A stretch of 64,000 nucleotides of DNA from Arcobacteraceae bacterium (GCA_965224485.1 CBDCZH010000015.1:534413-598412), one strand, 5' to 3'. Counted from the stretch's first letter, positions 1 through 11,452 are shown. Notes: generated by a model from the letters alone, not told the origin. Translations and numbers: made by a program.

Positions 1-1
1 T

Positions 2-1708
2 ATAATTTTATTTATAGATGAAGCACATACTTTAATAGGAGCTGGAGCAGATAAAGGTGGTGGAGATGCTGCAAATTTATTAAAACCAGCTCTTGCGCGT
101 GGAAAACTTAGAACAATTGCAGCAACTACATGGTTAGAATATAGAAAATACTTTGAGAAAGATGCAGCATTATCAAGAAGATTTCAAAAAATAGATATTT
201 TAGAGCCTAAAGTAGAAGATGCTATTACTATTTTAAGAGGTCTTGCATCTAAATATGAAGAAGCACATGAGGTATACATAGAAGATGAAGCATTAAATGC
301 AGCAGTAGTTTTATCGTCTAGATATATCACAGGACGACAACTTCCAGATAAAGCTATTGATGTATTAGATACAGCTTGTGCAAATGTAAAAATAAGTAAA
401 ACAAATACTCCTTTTATTTTACAAAAAACAAATACAAGAATAGAAGAGCTTAAAAGAGAAAAGGAGTTCTTTTCAAGAGATGAAAAAAGAGGAATTAAAG
501 ATTATTCTTCAAAAATCAAAATTTTAGATGAAAAAATTCAAGAACTAGAAGAAAAAGCTATAAAAATAGAAGAGTCTTGGGCTGCACAAAAAGAAGCTAT
601 GGATAAACTAACACTTATTTTAGAAAGTGGAAGTAAAGAAGAAATCATTACACAAAATGAGAAAATAAAACTCTTACAAGAAAAAAACACTTATATCCAC
701 AAGAATATCACAAAAGAACAAATAGCAGAAGTAATCTCATCTTGGACTGGAATTCCTTTAGGAAATATGATTAATGAACAAATAAAAGATGTTCTATCTT
801 TGGAAAAAAAGATGAAAAGTAGAATCATTGGACAAGATGGTGCTATTTCATATATAAATCAGTTCTTGCAAATCTCAACAGCTGGTTTAAAAAAAGAAAA
901 TGCACCTGCTGGAGTATTTTTATTAGTTGGTCCTAGTGGAGTTGGTAAAACAGAAACAGCTTTAAGTATTGCGGACTTGCTGTTTGGTGGACAGAGGTTT
1001 ATTACAACAATTAATATGACAGAGTTTCAAGAAAAACATACTGTTTCACGATTACTTGGTTCACCTCCTGGTTATGTTGGATATGGAGATGGAGGGCAAT
1101 TAACTGATCCTGTTCGTGTTAAGCCCTATTCTGTTGTACTTTTAGATGAGATAGAAAAAGCTCATCCAGATATTTTAAATATTTTTTATCAGTTATTTGA
1201 TAAAGGTGTATTGAATGATGGGGAAGGAAGAGAAATTGACTTTAAAAATACAATTATTTTAATGACTTCAAATTTAGCAACAAATGAAATAACACAATTA
1301 TGCGAAGAAAATGAAAGTATTACTATTGATGAAATAAGAGAGCAAATAACACCAATCTTAAGTGATTATTTAAAACCTGCACTTTTAGGAAGAATGAGTG
1401 TTGTTCCCTACTTTAATTTAAAAGATGAAGCATTAAGAGAAATCACACAATTAAAACTAAAATTCATTGAGAAACAACTTCTTAAAAAAGAGATTGCATT
1501 TTCTTATGATAATAGTTTATTAGACTATATAACTTCATTATCAAATGCAAAAGATACAGGAGCACGTAATATTGAGCTGATTATTAATACAAAAATTATG
1601 CCAAAACTTTCAAGAGTTATTTTAGATGCTGCTGTAAAAAATGAATCAATTAAAAGTTTAGAAATAAGTGTAGATGATGAAAATAAAATTTTAATAAGGA
1701 GTTTATAA
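2..1708 (+). CDS. tssH: T6SS AAA+ ATPase ClpV/TssH (5' partial, begins before window)
   Basis: Frame from base 2 reads IILFIDEAHTLIGAG...DAANLLKPALARGKLRTIAATT (Walker B of AAA-1) and continues in frame into ORF 599..1708 with GPSGVGKT, GSPPGYVGY and LLDEIEKAHPD; T6SS context. Confidence 0.93.
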   Translation: MILFIDEAHTLIGAGADKGGGDAANLLKPALARGKLRTIAATTWLEYRKYFEKDAALSRRFQKIDILEPKVEDAITILRGLASKYEEAHEVYIEDEALNAAVVLSSRYITGRQLPDKAIDVLDTACANVKISKTNTPFILQKTNTRIEELKREKEFFSRDEKRGIKDYSSKIKILDEKIQELEEKAIKIEESWAAQKEAMDKLTLILESGSKEEIITQNEKIKLLQEKNTYIHKNITKEQIAEVISSWTGIPLGNMINEQIKDVLSLEKKMKSRIIGQDGAISYINQFLQISTAGLKKENAPAGVFLLVGPSGVGKTETALSIADLLFGGQRFITTINMTEFQEKHTVSRLLGSPPGYVGYGDGGQLTDPVRVKPYSVVLLDEIEKAHPDILNIFYQLFDKGVLNDGEGREIDFKNTIILMTSNLATNEITQLCEENESITIDEIREQITPILSDYLKPALLGRMSVVPYFNLKDEALREITQLKLKFIEKQLLKKEIAFSYDNSLLDYITSLSNAKDTGARNIELIINTKIMPKLSRVILDAAVKNESIKSLEISVDDENKILIRSL

Positions 1709-1842
1709 TGAAAAAAACTATTTTAAAACTATCTTTAGCTGGTGCAATATTTGCAATACTTCTTTCAGGGTGTGCTTCATTTCAAGAGACATATAAACCT
1801 TTATACCAAGTAAAACCATTAATTGAAGAAGTGAAGGAATAA
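1708..1842 (+). CDS. Small 44-aa lipoprotein (not in ORF track)
   Basis: AAGGAG RBS, ATG overlapping the clpV stop (TAATG); MKKTILKLSLAGAIFAILLSGCASFQETYKPLYQVKPLIEEVKE* with signal peptide and LSGC lipobox; stop 1 nt before fha ATG. Confidence 0.85.
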   Translation: MKKTILKLSLAGAIFAILLSGCASFQETYKPLYQVKPLIEEVKE

Positions 1843-1843
1843 A

Positions 1844-3088
1844 ATGAAATTAGTATTTGATATTATAAAAAGTGGAGAGAATCTTCCACTTAAAAGAAAT
1901 TATCACTTTAATAAAGAAGATGGAACTATTGGGCGTTCAAACGAAGCATCTTGGCAATTAGCAGATAAACATAACTATATCTCTAATGCACATGTTCATA
2001 TTGAATATAAAGATGAAGTTTATTTTATAAGAGATGAAAGTACAAATGGTACTTTTTTAAAATTCCCTTATAAAAGACTTCCTAAAGGTAATCGAATCAA
2101 AGTTAACTCAACAGATATTTATATCTTAGGAGATCATGAGATTCAAGCAAGATTTGTAGAAGATGATTTCTCAGAAGATATTTTAGATCAATTTTCTACA
2201 AATGAAGAGAAAAGTTCTGCTTCAAGTTCTGCAAGTACTGAAAATGAAAATCTAATTCCTGACGATGACTTTTTATCAAATGAACCTTTTGATAACTTAG
2301 AGAAAGAAGAACTTAATGTTATGAAAATTGTAAGTAATAAGAGCACAGCAACTTATGATAATACAGTTTCATCTATTGAAATTCAAAGCGATGATGAACA
2401 AAGTGATTTAGATGAGCAACATATAAGTATTCCTAAATTCTCTAAAAAAGATTTTGATTTAGACTCAAATATAAAAGATACTTCACTACAAAGAAGTATT
2501 TTAATTTTAGAAAAGAAATTAGGTATAGAAATCTGTTCACTTGAGAAAGACGATAGAGACCTTATAATGGAAGAATTAGGTGATATTATTTTAAATACTT
2601 TAAGCTCATTAAAACACTCATTGCATTTAAAAGAAAAAGTAAAAGAAGATTTAAGAGTTTTAAAAGCAAATGAAAAAACAAGTGATGTTAATCCAATTTT
2701 ATTTGGACAATCAGCATCTTCATTACTAAAAAATCAAGAAACAGGCGGACTTTTAGGAATGAGTAAGATTTCAGAAGCTATTACTCAATCTTTTGAAGAA
2801 TTAGATAATCACAATATTGCCCTACATGCAAGTAGTAAAAATATCATACAAATTGCAAGTGCAAAATTTTCTCCTAAAAACTTAGAGTACCACTTTGAGA
2901 GTTCAGGAGCACTGAGATCTTTTTTTATTCCTAAAAAAGTAATGATTTGGAGAGCATATAAAAATATGTTTAATAATCTTGATGAAAACCCACAGTTAAG
3001 TGTTGATTTGATTAATGATGATTTTTCAAAAGAGTATAACAATATAGCTTATAGTATCTCTTTAGCAACACAAAAATTAGTAAGATAG
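1844..3088 (+). CDS. tagH: T6SS-associated FHA domain protein TagH/Fha
   Basis: N-terminal FHA motifs (TIGRS, ISNAH, DESTNGTF), acidic linker, TagH-like helical C-terminus. Confidence 0.9.
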   Translation: MKLVFDIIKSGENLPLKRNYHFNKEDGTIGRSNEASWQLADKHNYISNAHVHIEYKDEVYFIRDESTNGTFLKFPYKRLPKGNRIKVNSTDIYILGDHEIQARFVEDDFSEDILDQFSTNEEKSSASSSASTENENLIPDDDFLSNEPFDNLEKEELNVMKIVSNKSTATYDNTVSSIEIQSDDEQSDLDEQHISIPKFSKKDFDLDSNIKDTSLQRSILILEKKLGIEICSLEKDDRDLIMEELGDIILNTLSSLKHSLHLKEKVKEDLRVLKANEKTSDVNPILFGQSASSLLKNQETGGLLGMSKISEAITQSFEELDNHNIALHASSKNIIQIASAKFSPKNLEYHFESSGALRSFFIPKKVMIWRAYKNMFNNLDENPQLSVDLINDDFSKEYNNIAYSISLATQKLVR

Positions 3089-3096
3089 GAGAGAAA

Positions 3097-3549
3097 ATGA
3101 AAACAATTATACAAGTTATTACACTTACAATCTTGGCATTTTTTATAAGTGCTTGTGCAAGTAAGAAACCAACACATATAGAATTAGTTATAAACTCACA
3201 AAAAGAGTTAAATCATGATGTTAAAAATATTTCATCACCTTTAATGTTAGTTTTTTATGAACTAGAATCAGCAGAAAAATTTTCAAAATTTGATTATTGG
3301 GATTTATTAGATAAATCAGGAGAAAAACTGAGTTCAGATTTAGTATCTCAAACAAAACAAATAATTTTACCAAATCAAGAACAAACATATAAAATTGTTT
3401 TTGATAATAGAACAAAATTTTTAGGTGTTATTGGAAAATTTAGAAATGTAAAAAATTCAAACTGGAAATATGTTATTAACTTAGATAAAAATACATATAA
3501 CTATAAAGAATTAGTAGTACAAGACTATACAATTTTGGATAAAAAATAA
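3097..3549 (+). CDS. tssJ: T6SS outer-membrane lipoprotein TssJ
   Basis: Lipobox ISAC; LN..SPLMLVFYEL, ILP, LGVIGKFR..W pattern; directly before tssK. Confidence 0.9.
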   Translation: MKTIIQVITLTILAFFISACASKKPTHIELVINSQKELNHDVKNISSPLMLVFYELESAEKFSKFDYWDLLDKSGEKLSSDLVSQTKQIILPNQEQTYKIVFDNRTKFLGVIGKFRNVKNSNWKYVINLDKNTYNYKELVVQDYTILDKK

Positions 3550-4874
3550 TGGAAAATAGAATTGTATGGAAAGAGGGATTATTTATAAGACCTCAGCATT
3601 TCCAGCAAAATGATAGATATTATGCTTATGAACTAATGACAAGAACAAGTGAACTTGGTAGCAATAAATGGGGTTTTATCAACTTAGATATAGATAAACA
3701 CCTTTTAGGAATAGGTAAAATTGTAATTAAAAATGCTAAAGGTATTCTTCCAGATGGAACATTATTTGATATTCAAGCTAAAGATAATACTTTAGCATTA
3801 GATATTAAAAGTGATGATTTTGGGAAAAATGTATATCTTGCACTTCCAGTTTTAATACATAATAGTGATGATGTACACTTTGAAGATCAAGAAAATATAT
3901 TAACAAGATTTTCATCTTCTAGCGTTTTAGATGTACCAAATACTAATGCAGGGGAAAATTCTGTTGCTGATCTTTTATGTGCACAACATAATTTTAAACT
4001 TTTACTAGAAGATGAAGTTAATGATGGTTATATCAAAATAAAAATAGCAAATATAGTGTCTTTAAGTGCTAGTGGTATTGTATCTTTAGATGAGACATAC
4101 ATTCCTACATACATTCATTTAAATAAATCAGATGATTTAGTATCTAAATTAAATGAATTAATGAGTATGTTAACTTATAGAGCAGAAAAATTAGCACAAA
4201 AGATAAGTCACTCAGTTTTGCAAACTTCTGAATTAGGTAACTACTTAATGTTGCAACTATTAAACAAAACACAAAGTAGATTTCACTTCTTTTTAACTCA
4301 AGATAGAATTCATCCTCAAGATGTATTTTTAGAACTTACAACCTTAGCTGGTGAATTAGCAGTTTTTATGAAAAAAGAAAAAAAAATTACAGAACAATTT
4401 ATTTATGCACATGAAAATATTGGCTTAAGTTTTAAAACAATTATTGATGAATTAAAAGATATGTTAAGTATGGTTTTAGAACAAAACTCAATTTCTTTAC
4501 CAATTGATCAAAGAAAATATGGAATTAATGTAGCTCAGATTAAAGATAAAAAACTTATTCAAAACTCTAACTTTATTTTCACTGTTACAGCTGATGCTTC
4601 AAGTGAAAAAATTAAAGAAGTACTTATGTCAAATCTTAAAATGGGAAGTATAGAAACTATTAGAAATCTAGTTAATTATCATTTAATTGGTTTTAAAATA
4701 AAACCTTTATCTTCTCCTCCAAGAGAGATTCCATATAGAGTAAATCATTTATATTTTAAAGTTGAACTTAGTTCTATTGATAAAGATGAATTAGAGCGTT
4801 CTGGTGGTTTTGCTTTCCACTTATCTGCTGAATTACCCAATTTAGCTTATGCACTATGGGCAATTAGAAATTAA
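3549..4874 (+). CDS. tssK: T6SS baseplate subunit TssK
   Basis: VWKEGLFIRPQHFQQNDRY N-terminal signature; ends LWAIRN; 441 aa. Confidence 0.95.
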   Translation: MENRIVWKEGLFIRPQHFQQNDRYYAYELMTRTSELGSNKWGFINLDIDKHLLGIGKIVIKNAKGILPDGTLFDIQAKDNTLALDIKSDDFGKNVYLALPVLIHNSDDVHFEDQENILTRFSSSSVLDVPNTNAGENSVADLLCAQHNFKLLLEDEVNDGYIKIKIANIVSLSASGIVSLDETYIPTYIHLNKSDDLVSKLNELMSMLTYRAEKLAQKISHSVLQTSELGNYLMLQLLNKTQSRFHFFLTQDRIHPQDVFLELTTLAGELAVFMKKEKKITEQFIYAHENIGLSFKTIIDELKDMLSMVLEQNSISLPIDQRKYGINVAQIKDKKLIQNSNFIFTVTADASSEKIKEVLMSNLKMGSIETIRNLVNYHLIGFKIKPLSSPPREIPYRVNHLYFKVELSSIDKDELERSGGFAFHLSAELPNLAYALWAIRN

Positions 4875-4886
4875 GAAAGGAAAAAA

Positions 4887-5780
4887 ATGCAAAATCAAAC
4901 AATATTAATTCCATCAAGCAAAAATGATAATAATTCATTGACAAACTTTTCACAGCAAGAGAGTACTTACGATAACTTTAGAAATAAAAGCATGAACTTT
5001 GTAAGAAATAGAGTGAAGAAAACACATATACCTTATTATGATGAAGATATTAATCACTTCTTAATAGCATCATCACCTTTATTTAAACAACTTACTTTAG
5101 TACAAGGTAATTATGATGTAGGTTCTATTAATGATGTAAGACAAGCTTTTATAGATAATATAAATAACTATTCACAAACAATAGCTCAATATGATATAGA
5201 AGAGTCTCAAGTTTTAGTATCTAGATACATTTTATGTACGTTTATAGATGAACTTATAAATACAACATTTTTTGGAAGAGAAAATGATTGGTCTTCTAAT
5301 AGTTTATTAAGCATCTTTCATAATGAAAGTTATGGAGGAGAGAACTTTTTTAGACTTTTAGATAAATTTTTAAAAGCTCCTGCTAAATATATTTATATCT
5401 TAGAACTTATGTATGTATGTATATCATTAGGTTTTGAAGGAAGATACAGAGTTAATACTTCTAATAAACATGAATTAACAATAATTAAAGATAGTTTATA
5501 TAAACAAATTAAGATAATTCAAGGACGTGAGCCATTAAAGTTTTATACAAAACATAACGCCTCAACAATGAAACATAGACTTTTTTATATGGTGTCGTAC
5601 CCAAGTATTATTTTAAGTACTTGTTTACTCTTATGTATTATTTACATAGGTCTAACATATAGTTTAAGTAAAGAAAGTACAAAGTTTGAAAATATGATTA
5701 ATGCAAAACACGGAAAACTATCCTACTTAAATAAGAATAATTTCAATTTAGAAGATTATCAAAAGGATTCAAATGAGTAA
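4887..5780 (+). CDS. tssL: T6SS membrane protein TssL/DotU (no OmpA domain)
   Basis: RYILCTFIDE, WSSNSLLSIFHNESYGGENFF, LELMYVCISLGFEGRY; C-terminal TM helix. Confidence 0.93.
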   Translation: MQNQTILIPSSKNDNNSLTNFSQQESTYDNFRNKSMNFVRNRVKKTHIPYYDEDINHFLIASSPLFKQLTLVQGNYDVGSINDVRQAFIDNINNYSQTIAQYDIEESQVLVSRYILCTFIDELINTTFFGRENDWSSNSLLSIFHNESYGGENFFRLLDKFLKAPAKYIYILELMYVCISLGFEGRYRVNTSNKHELTIIKDSLYKQIKIIQGREPLKFYTKHNASTMKHRLFYMVSYPSIILSTCLLLCIIYIGLTYSLSKESTKFENMINAKHGKLSYLNKNNFNLEDYQKDSNE

Positions 5781-8700
5781 GTTTTTTCAAGCCTCAATAT
5801 TTAAAAGTGGAGTTTTCTGGACACTTTTTATTGCTTTCTTAGTCTCAATGACTATTATTTTTGTATTTCCTTTCTTTTTTGAATCATATAAAGATTTAAC
5901 ATATAGACTTCTTATTGCTTTTTCAATTTTCTTTATAACACTTGTTTTAGTTTTACTTTATGTAATTTTTTTACAAGAGCGAACACAGCAAATGCTTAAA
6001 GAAAGACGGGAGCGAAAATTAAAAGAAGAAGAAAAACATAAAATAATCAAAGAAAAAATCAAAGATATCAAAACTAGATTTAATGAAGCACTTAAAATAT
6101 TAAAAAAATCTACTTTATATAAAAATACAAGAAGAGCAAGATATGAGCTACCTTGGTATTTAATGGTAGGAAAAGAATCAGAAGGTAAAACTACTTTATT
6201 AGAAGCTTCTGGCTTAGACTTCCCTATTAATGTAAACTATGAGAATAGAAGTGTAAAAGAAGAAGGTTCTACTAAAAACTTTCAGTGGTATTATGCTGAG
6301 CATGCTATTTTTATTGATATGCCTGGTAATTATATTCATCAAGAACAAGATGAAAATGATTCTATTGTATGGCAAAAAGGATTTTTGAAATTATTTGCTA
6401 AAAAGAGAAGCAGACGTCCTATTAATGGAATAGTTTTAAATATTAGTGTTGATACTTTTATATCTAAAAGTGAAAAAGAATTAGAACAATATGGAAAAGA
6501 TTTAAGAGATAGATTTGATGAACTTTCAAATGGTTTTGCATCTAGTATTCCTATTTATTTAGTGATTACAAAATCAGATAATATTGTAGGATACAATGAG
6601 TACTTTTCAACTTTAAGTGAAGAAGAAAAAGAAGAAGTTTTAGGTGTTACTTTTAATGATCCAAAACAAAGTATAGATACAACAGTTGTAAGACCTGAAT
6701 TAGAAAAACTTTTAAAAAGAGTAAATAGTTCTGTTATTGATAAGTTACATCACGAATGGGATGAAGATTCAAGAACTAAAATTTTATTATTTTGTGATGA
6801 GTTTTCTAATATCTTTGAGAAAATTGGTATGTTTACTGATATTTGTTTTGCTCAAACTAGATATAGAAAATCACTAATGTTAAGAGGAATTTATTTTACT
6901 TCAGTTCCACAAGAAGAAGAAATAGATACATCTTATTTATTAGGCACTAAAAAAGAAGAAAAACTTAGTACTGGAAGAAGTTCAAGAGGTTATTTTATTA
7001 AAAACCTTTTACAAAATGTAATCTTTCCTGAATCTGATTTAATTAATATGGATTTAAATTATAAAAAAATAAACAAAAGAAAACAGACTATATCTTTGAG
7101 TTTAGCAGTAGCTTCTGTTGTTTTATTTTCATTTATTTGGATAAAAGATTTTGTTAATCATAATAATTTACTTCATGATTTAGAAAATAGATTTGAAAAA
7201 GTTTCAATTCAAAGAGATAATATAAATACTAGTGATAATTTTGAAGATATTTTAAAAACAATAAATGAAATTGATTCAATTAAAGAAACATATGAAAAAG
7301 AAACATCTTCTAGTTTTTATAAACTAACATTTTTTAATGTAGAAGATAAAACAACAAGTTTATATAATCTTTATCAAGACTCTTTATATAAACTTTTATT
7401 ACCAAGAGTTGCAAAACTTTTAAATAATCAGATTATGTCAAACCTTAATAATTATGATAGAACTTGGAAGAATACAGAAACATACTTGATGTTAAATAAC
7501 GAGAAACATAGAGACAATGATGTTTTAAAAACTTCTTTAGCTACATCATGGGCTAGACTTTATCCAAATAAACCTACAGTTCAAAGATCTCTAAATAAGC
7601 ATTTTAAGCAACTTCTTAGTTTTGGATACACTCCTTATTCTTTAGATAAAAATACTTTAAAAATAGCAAGAGCGGTATTAACAAGTAAAGGAACTATTTC
7701 TATTACTTATAATGCTTTAAAACAAAAAGTTCAAGAAAATATGAACTTAAAAAGTTTTAGTTTTTCTCAAGTTTTAGGAAGTAATATAGCTTCATTTGAT
7801 TCTGATAATATTAAGATTCCTGGTTTTTATACAAAAGAAGGATACTCAAAAGTTATAGTTGCACAAGGAAAAGCTTTAACAAAAGAAGTACTTTTAAATA
7901 ACTGGGTATTAGGTGCTAGAACTGATCTAACTTCTAGTGAAATAAATGATATTTATTCACAAGTTCTAAGTTATTATTTCAAAGATTATAAACGTTATTG
8001 GTTAAGTGCAATATCATCTTTAAATATACCAAAGAAAAAAACAGTTGCTGGTTTAAGTAATCAATTAGAAACATTAAGTTCGGGGGATTCTCCTATACTT
8101 TCTGTTTTAAGCTCACTAAAAATAAATACAGATATTTATACTCCAGCTGAAGTACTAATGAAAAAACCAAAAGTTAAAATTAGACTTTTAGATAAAATTG
8201 CAAAAATAGCTTCTAAAAATGCTTTGAAAAAAGCACAAACTGTGATGTCAAATATGAGTGTTAAAAATGTTAGAACTTTTTTCAAACCTTATCATGAATT
8301 ATTAGATGAGGAAAATAACATAGGTCCTGATATTCAAAATGCAATGAGCAAACTAGATGAAGTTTTCCAAGAAATGACAGCAATTTATGGAGGTGTTGAA
8401 CCTGCACAAGATGCTTATAGAGTTGTAAATGGAAGAGTTACAGGAAAACATGAACCTATTATAAAAAACTTTACTTCTTTACCTATTCATGTAAGAAAAT
8501 GGTATTCACAAGCATTGAGAAATAACTGGAATTATTTATTAGCTCAGGCAAAAATTCATATTAATACTAAGTATAAAGAAGATGTTATGACTTATTATAA
8601 TGAAAAGCTAAAAAACAAATATCCTTTAAAAAGAAAAGCTTATAAAAGCAGTGTTAAAGTTGAAGATTTTAATGACTTCTTTAAAATAAATGGTGTTTTA

Positions 8701-9266
8701 GATACTTTCTTTAAAGCTTATATCTCACCTTTTGTAAAACTTAACAAAATTACATACAGAAGATTTAGAGCTTTAGAACTTGATGGTAGTGTCATAGGTT
8801 TTGATTTAGAGTTTATGAAAGATATTTTAAGATCTTATAGAATAAGAAAAGCTTTGTTTTCAAGTAGTGGTAAAGATATAGGAACAGTTGCTTATTTTAG
8901 ACCAGTTGATTTAGAGCGAACATTAGCAACCATGCAATTAAACTATGATGAAGAATCAATTATTTATGAACATGGACCAATTAGAGATACAAGAATAACT
9001 TGGCCTCAAAAAAGTTTAAGTGCTGGTTCTAGTTTTATACTTTATGATATTAAACATGAAAAAGTTTTAGATAGTTCACAAGAAGGAGAATGGGCTTTAT
9101 TTAAATTAATAGATACTTTTAAAATAAAAAAAGTTACAAAAAATTCTATTTATTTTGAATATAAAAAGATAGATATAAAGTTTCTATGAAATTAAAAGGT
9201 TCTCTTAGTAAGATATTTACAAGAAGCAACCCACTTAGAGGTTTTAGACTTAATGGAAATATTTAA
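5773..9266 (+). CDS. tssM: T6SS membrane core TssM/IcmF (ORF 5773..9189; probable 1-nt frameshift near 9165, true end 9266)
   Basis: N-terminal TMs, YELPWY..GKESEGKTT, RPINGI, LRGIYFTS, YEHGP, GEWALFKL; shifted frame continues ...SNPLRGFRLNGNI* with stop overlapping pppA ATG. Confidence 0.92.
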
Positions 9267-9943
9267 TGAAATTTTCTAGTTTTTCTTTTACCCATCCAGG
9301 GCATCAAAGAAGAATAAACGAAGATGCATACTATTCAAATGATGAGATTGGATTATGGATAGTATGTGATGGAATGGGTGGTCATGAAGATGGTAATTTT
9401 GCAAGCCATTTAGTAACTGATACTTTTGAAAGCTTAAGTTTTGAAGGTGAGTTCAATACAAGTGTTGATAAAATTATAAAAACCGTGCATTATATTAAAA
9501 CAAAACTTGATAAAAGAGTTAATCAAAATAAAAACAAAGCTATTATTGGTACAACTTTAATGCTTTTATATATTAAAAAAGATAAAGCTATTTGTATTCA
9601 TGCAGGAGATAGTAGGTGTTATAATTTAAGAGATAATAGGCTCTCCTTAGTAACAATTGACCATGCAAAAGAATTAATTCATAATAACTCTTCAAGAAAA
9701 GTTCTTACAAATGCTTTATTCGCACCAGGTGATATTTCAATTGAAACAAAAAAGTTTAAAGTTAAGAAAAATGATACTTATTTATTATGTAGTGATGGTT
9801 TATATGACAAAGTAAATAACAATTTATTAAAAGAAGCAATGAGTGAAAAAGACTTATCTTTAGCAATGAAGAGATTAAGCCAACATATTTTATCAAATGA
9901 AGCAGATGATAATATAACTGGAATATTAGTAGGTGTACAGTGA
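9266..9943 (+). CDS. pppA: PP2C-family Ser/Thr phosphatase (T6SS PppA/Stp)
   Basis: RRINED, VCDGMGGH, HAGDSRCY, LLCSDGL, ADDNIT motifs. Confidence 0.88.
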   Translation: MKFSSFSFTHPGHQRRINEDAYYSNDEIGLWIVCDGMGGHEDGNFASHLVTDTFESLSFEGEFNTSVDKIIKTVHYIKTKLDKRVNQNKNKAIIGTTLMLLYIKKDKAICIHAGDSRCYNLRDNRLSLVTIDHAKELIHNNSSRKVLTNALFAPGDISIETKKFKVKKNDTYLLCSDGLYDKVNNNLLKEAMSEKDLSLAMKRLSQHILSNEADDNITGILVGVQ

Positions 9944-10809
9944 ATAAAAAAGAGGATGTTAAAAAGAAAAAAACTATTCAAAAAAAGATTAAAAAACTTA
10001 TGAATGAAGGTATTGGTTTATTGAACTCACGATATACACTGGAAGAAGAAATTGGAGTTGGTGGACTTAGTCGTGTATATAGAGCAAAAGATATATATTG
10101 TGAATATTTTAATGACAAAAGAGAATTAGCTATTAAGATTCCTTCTAAAAAACTTCTTAGTAAAAAAGATATTGCAGCTTTTGTTTATAGTGAGTTTGCA
10201 TATTTAAGACAAATAAATCATGAGAATATTGTAAAAGTATTAGATTTCGGAATTGATATTAAAACAGAATTACCTTATATAGTTTTAGAATACTTAGAAG
10301 GTGATTTACTTTATGATTTGCCTTTACACAAAATGTCAAAAGAGTTTAAAATAGCATTATTTGAAAATCTTTTTGAAGCTATCTCTTATATTCATAAAAA
10401 AGATATTATTCATGCTGATATAAATCCTAAAAATATAATGGTTTCTTTAAAAGAGAAAATAACTCTTTTTGATTTTGGTATTTCTCAATACAATAATGAT
10501 AGAAAAGGTCTTTGCTTAGAATATGAAAATGCAAAAGCTTATAATCCAAAATATTCTGCTCCTGAAATACTAAAGGGAAAAGAACCAAGTGTACATTCAG
10601 ACCTTTTTTCTTTTGCTTGTGTAGTTTACGAAGTTTTTTCAGAAGTTTTACCTTTTAAAGAAAGTTCACTAGATTTAGAAAAAAATCCCCTAAGTAAAAA
10701 AAATTGTTCTAATAAAATACCTTATACCTTACGTAAATGGATTATATCTGCTCTAAATATTGATCCTTTAAGAAGAAAAAAGGACTTACCTTTTATACAT
10801 ACTTTTTAA
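9940..10809 (+). CDS. ppkA: Hanks-type Ser/Thr protein kinase, kinase domain only (T6SS PpkA/Stk-like)
   Basis: IGVGGLSRVY, AIK, HADINPKN, DFG, YSAPE, SDLFS. Confidence 0.82.
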   Translation: MNKKEDVKKKKTIQKKIKKLMNEGIGLLNSRYTLEEEIGVGGLSRVYRAKDIYCEYFNDKRELAIKIPSKKLLSKKDIAAFVYSEFAYLRQINHENIVKVLDFGIDIKTELPYIVLEYLEGDLLYDLPLHKMSKEFKIALFENLFEAISYIHKKDIIHADINPKNIMVSLKEKITLFDFGISQYNNDRKGLCLEYENAKAYNPKYSAPEILKGKEPSVHSDLFSFACVVYEVFSEVLPFKESSLDLEKNPLSKKNCSNKIPYTLRKWIISALNIDPLRRKKDLPFIHTF

Positions 10810-10836
10810 ATTCTAAGAAAAAAATATCTAAATTTG

Positions 10837-10853
10837 TTATGATTTAATCATAA
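10837..10853. promoter_or_regulatory. Perfect 8-1-8 palindrome upstream of hcp (candidate operator)
   Basis: TTATGATT-T-AATCATAA about 65 nt before the hcp ATG. Confidence 0.4.
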
Positions 10854-10917
10854 ATTAAATTATTTTTAATCGATTATTGTATATAGTTATAGGGTTAATT
10901 TACACAAAGGAAAAACA

Positions 10918-11442
10918 ATGAATAATCCGATTTTTATTTCAATCGAAGGAAGTACACAAGGTTTAATTACTGAAGGTGCATTTACACCAGAATCTGTAGG
11001 GAACTCTTATCAAGAAGGTCATGAAAATGAGACAATTGTAAAAGCATTTTCTCATACTATTGATATCCCAAGAGATCCACAGTCAGGTCAACCATCAGGT
11101 CAAAGAACACATAAGCCATTAAAAGTTTCTAAACTTTTTGATAAAGCTTCTCCTCTTTTATATAATGCACTTACAAAAGGTGAGACTTTAACTAAAGTTG
11201 AAATGAAATGGTACAGAACTTCTTATGAAGGTAAACCTGAGCATTATTTTACGCTTTTATTAGAAGATGCTGTTATTGTTGACATCTCATCTAGTATGGG
11301 TATGGAAGAAGGTTCTTCTACTTCTCAAGTTTCTCCTTTAGAAGATGTATCTTTTGCATATAGAAAGATTACATGGAGACATGAAATCGCTTCAACATCT
11401 GGTGAAGATGATTGGAGAGTTGGTGTTGGAGCTTCTGCTTAG
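10918..11442 (+). CDS. hcp: T6SS tube protein Hcp/TssD
   Basis: GSTQGLITEGAFT..SVGN.YQEGHE, IPRDPQSGQPSGQRTHKP, YRKITWRH..GEDDWR. Confidence 0.97.
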   Translation: MNNPIFISIEGSTQGLITEGAFTPESVGNSYQEGHENETIVKAFSHTIDIPRDPQSGQPSGQRTHKPLKVSKLFDKASPLLYNALTKGETLTKVEMKWYRTSYEGKPEHYFTLLLEDAVIVDISSSMGMEEGSSTSQVSPLEDVSFAYRKITWRHEIASTSGEDDWRVGVGASA

Positions 11443-11452
11443 ACATATATTT

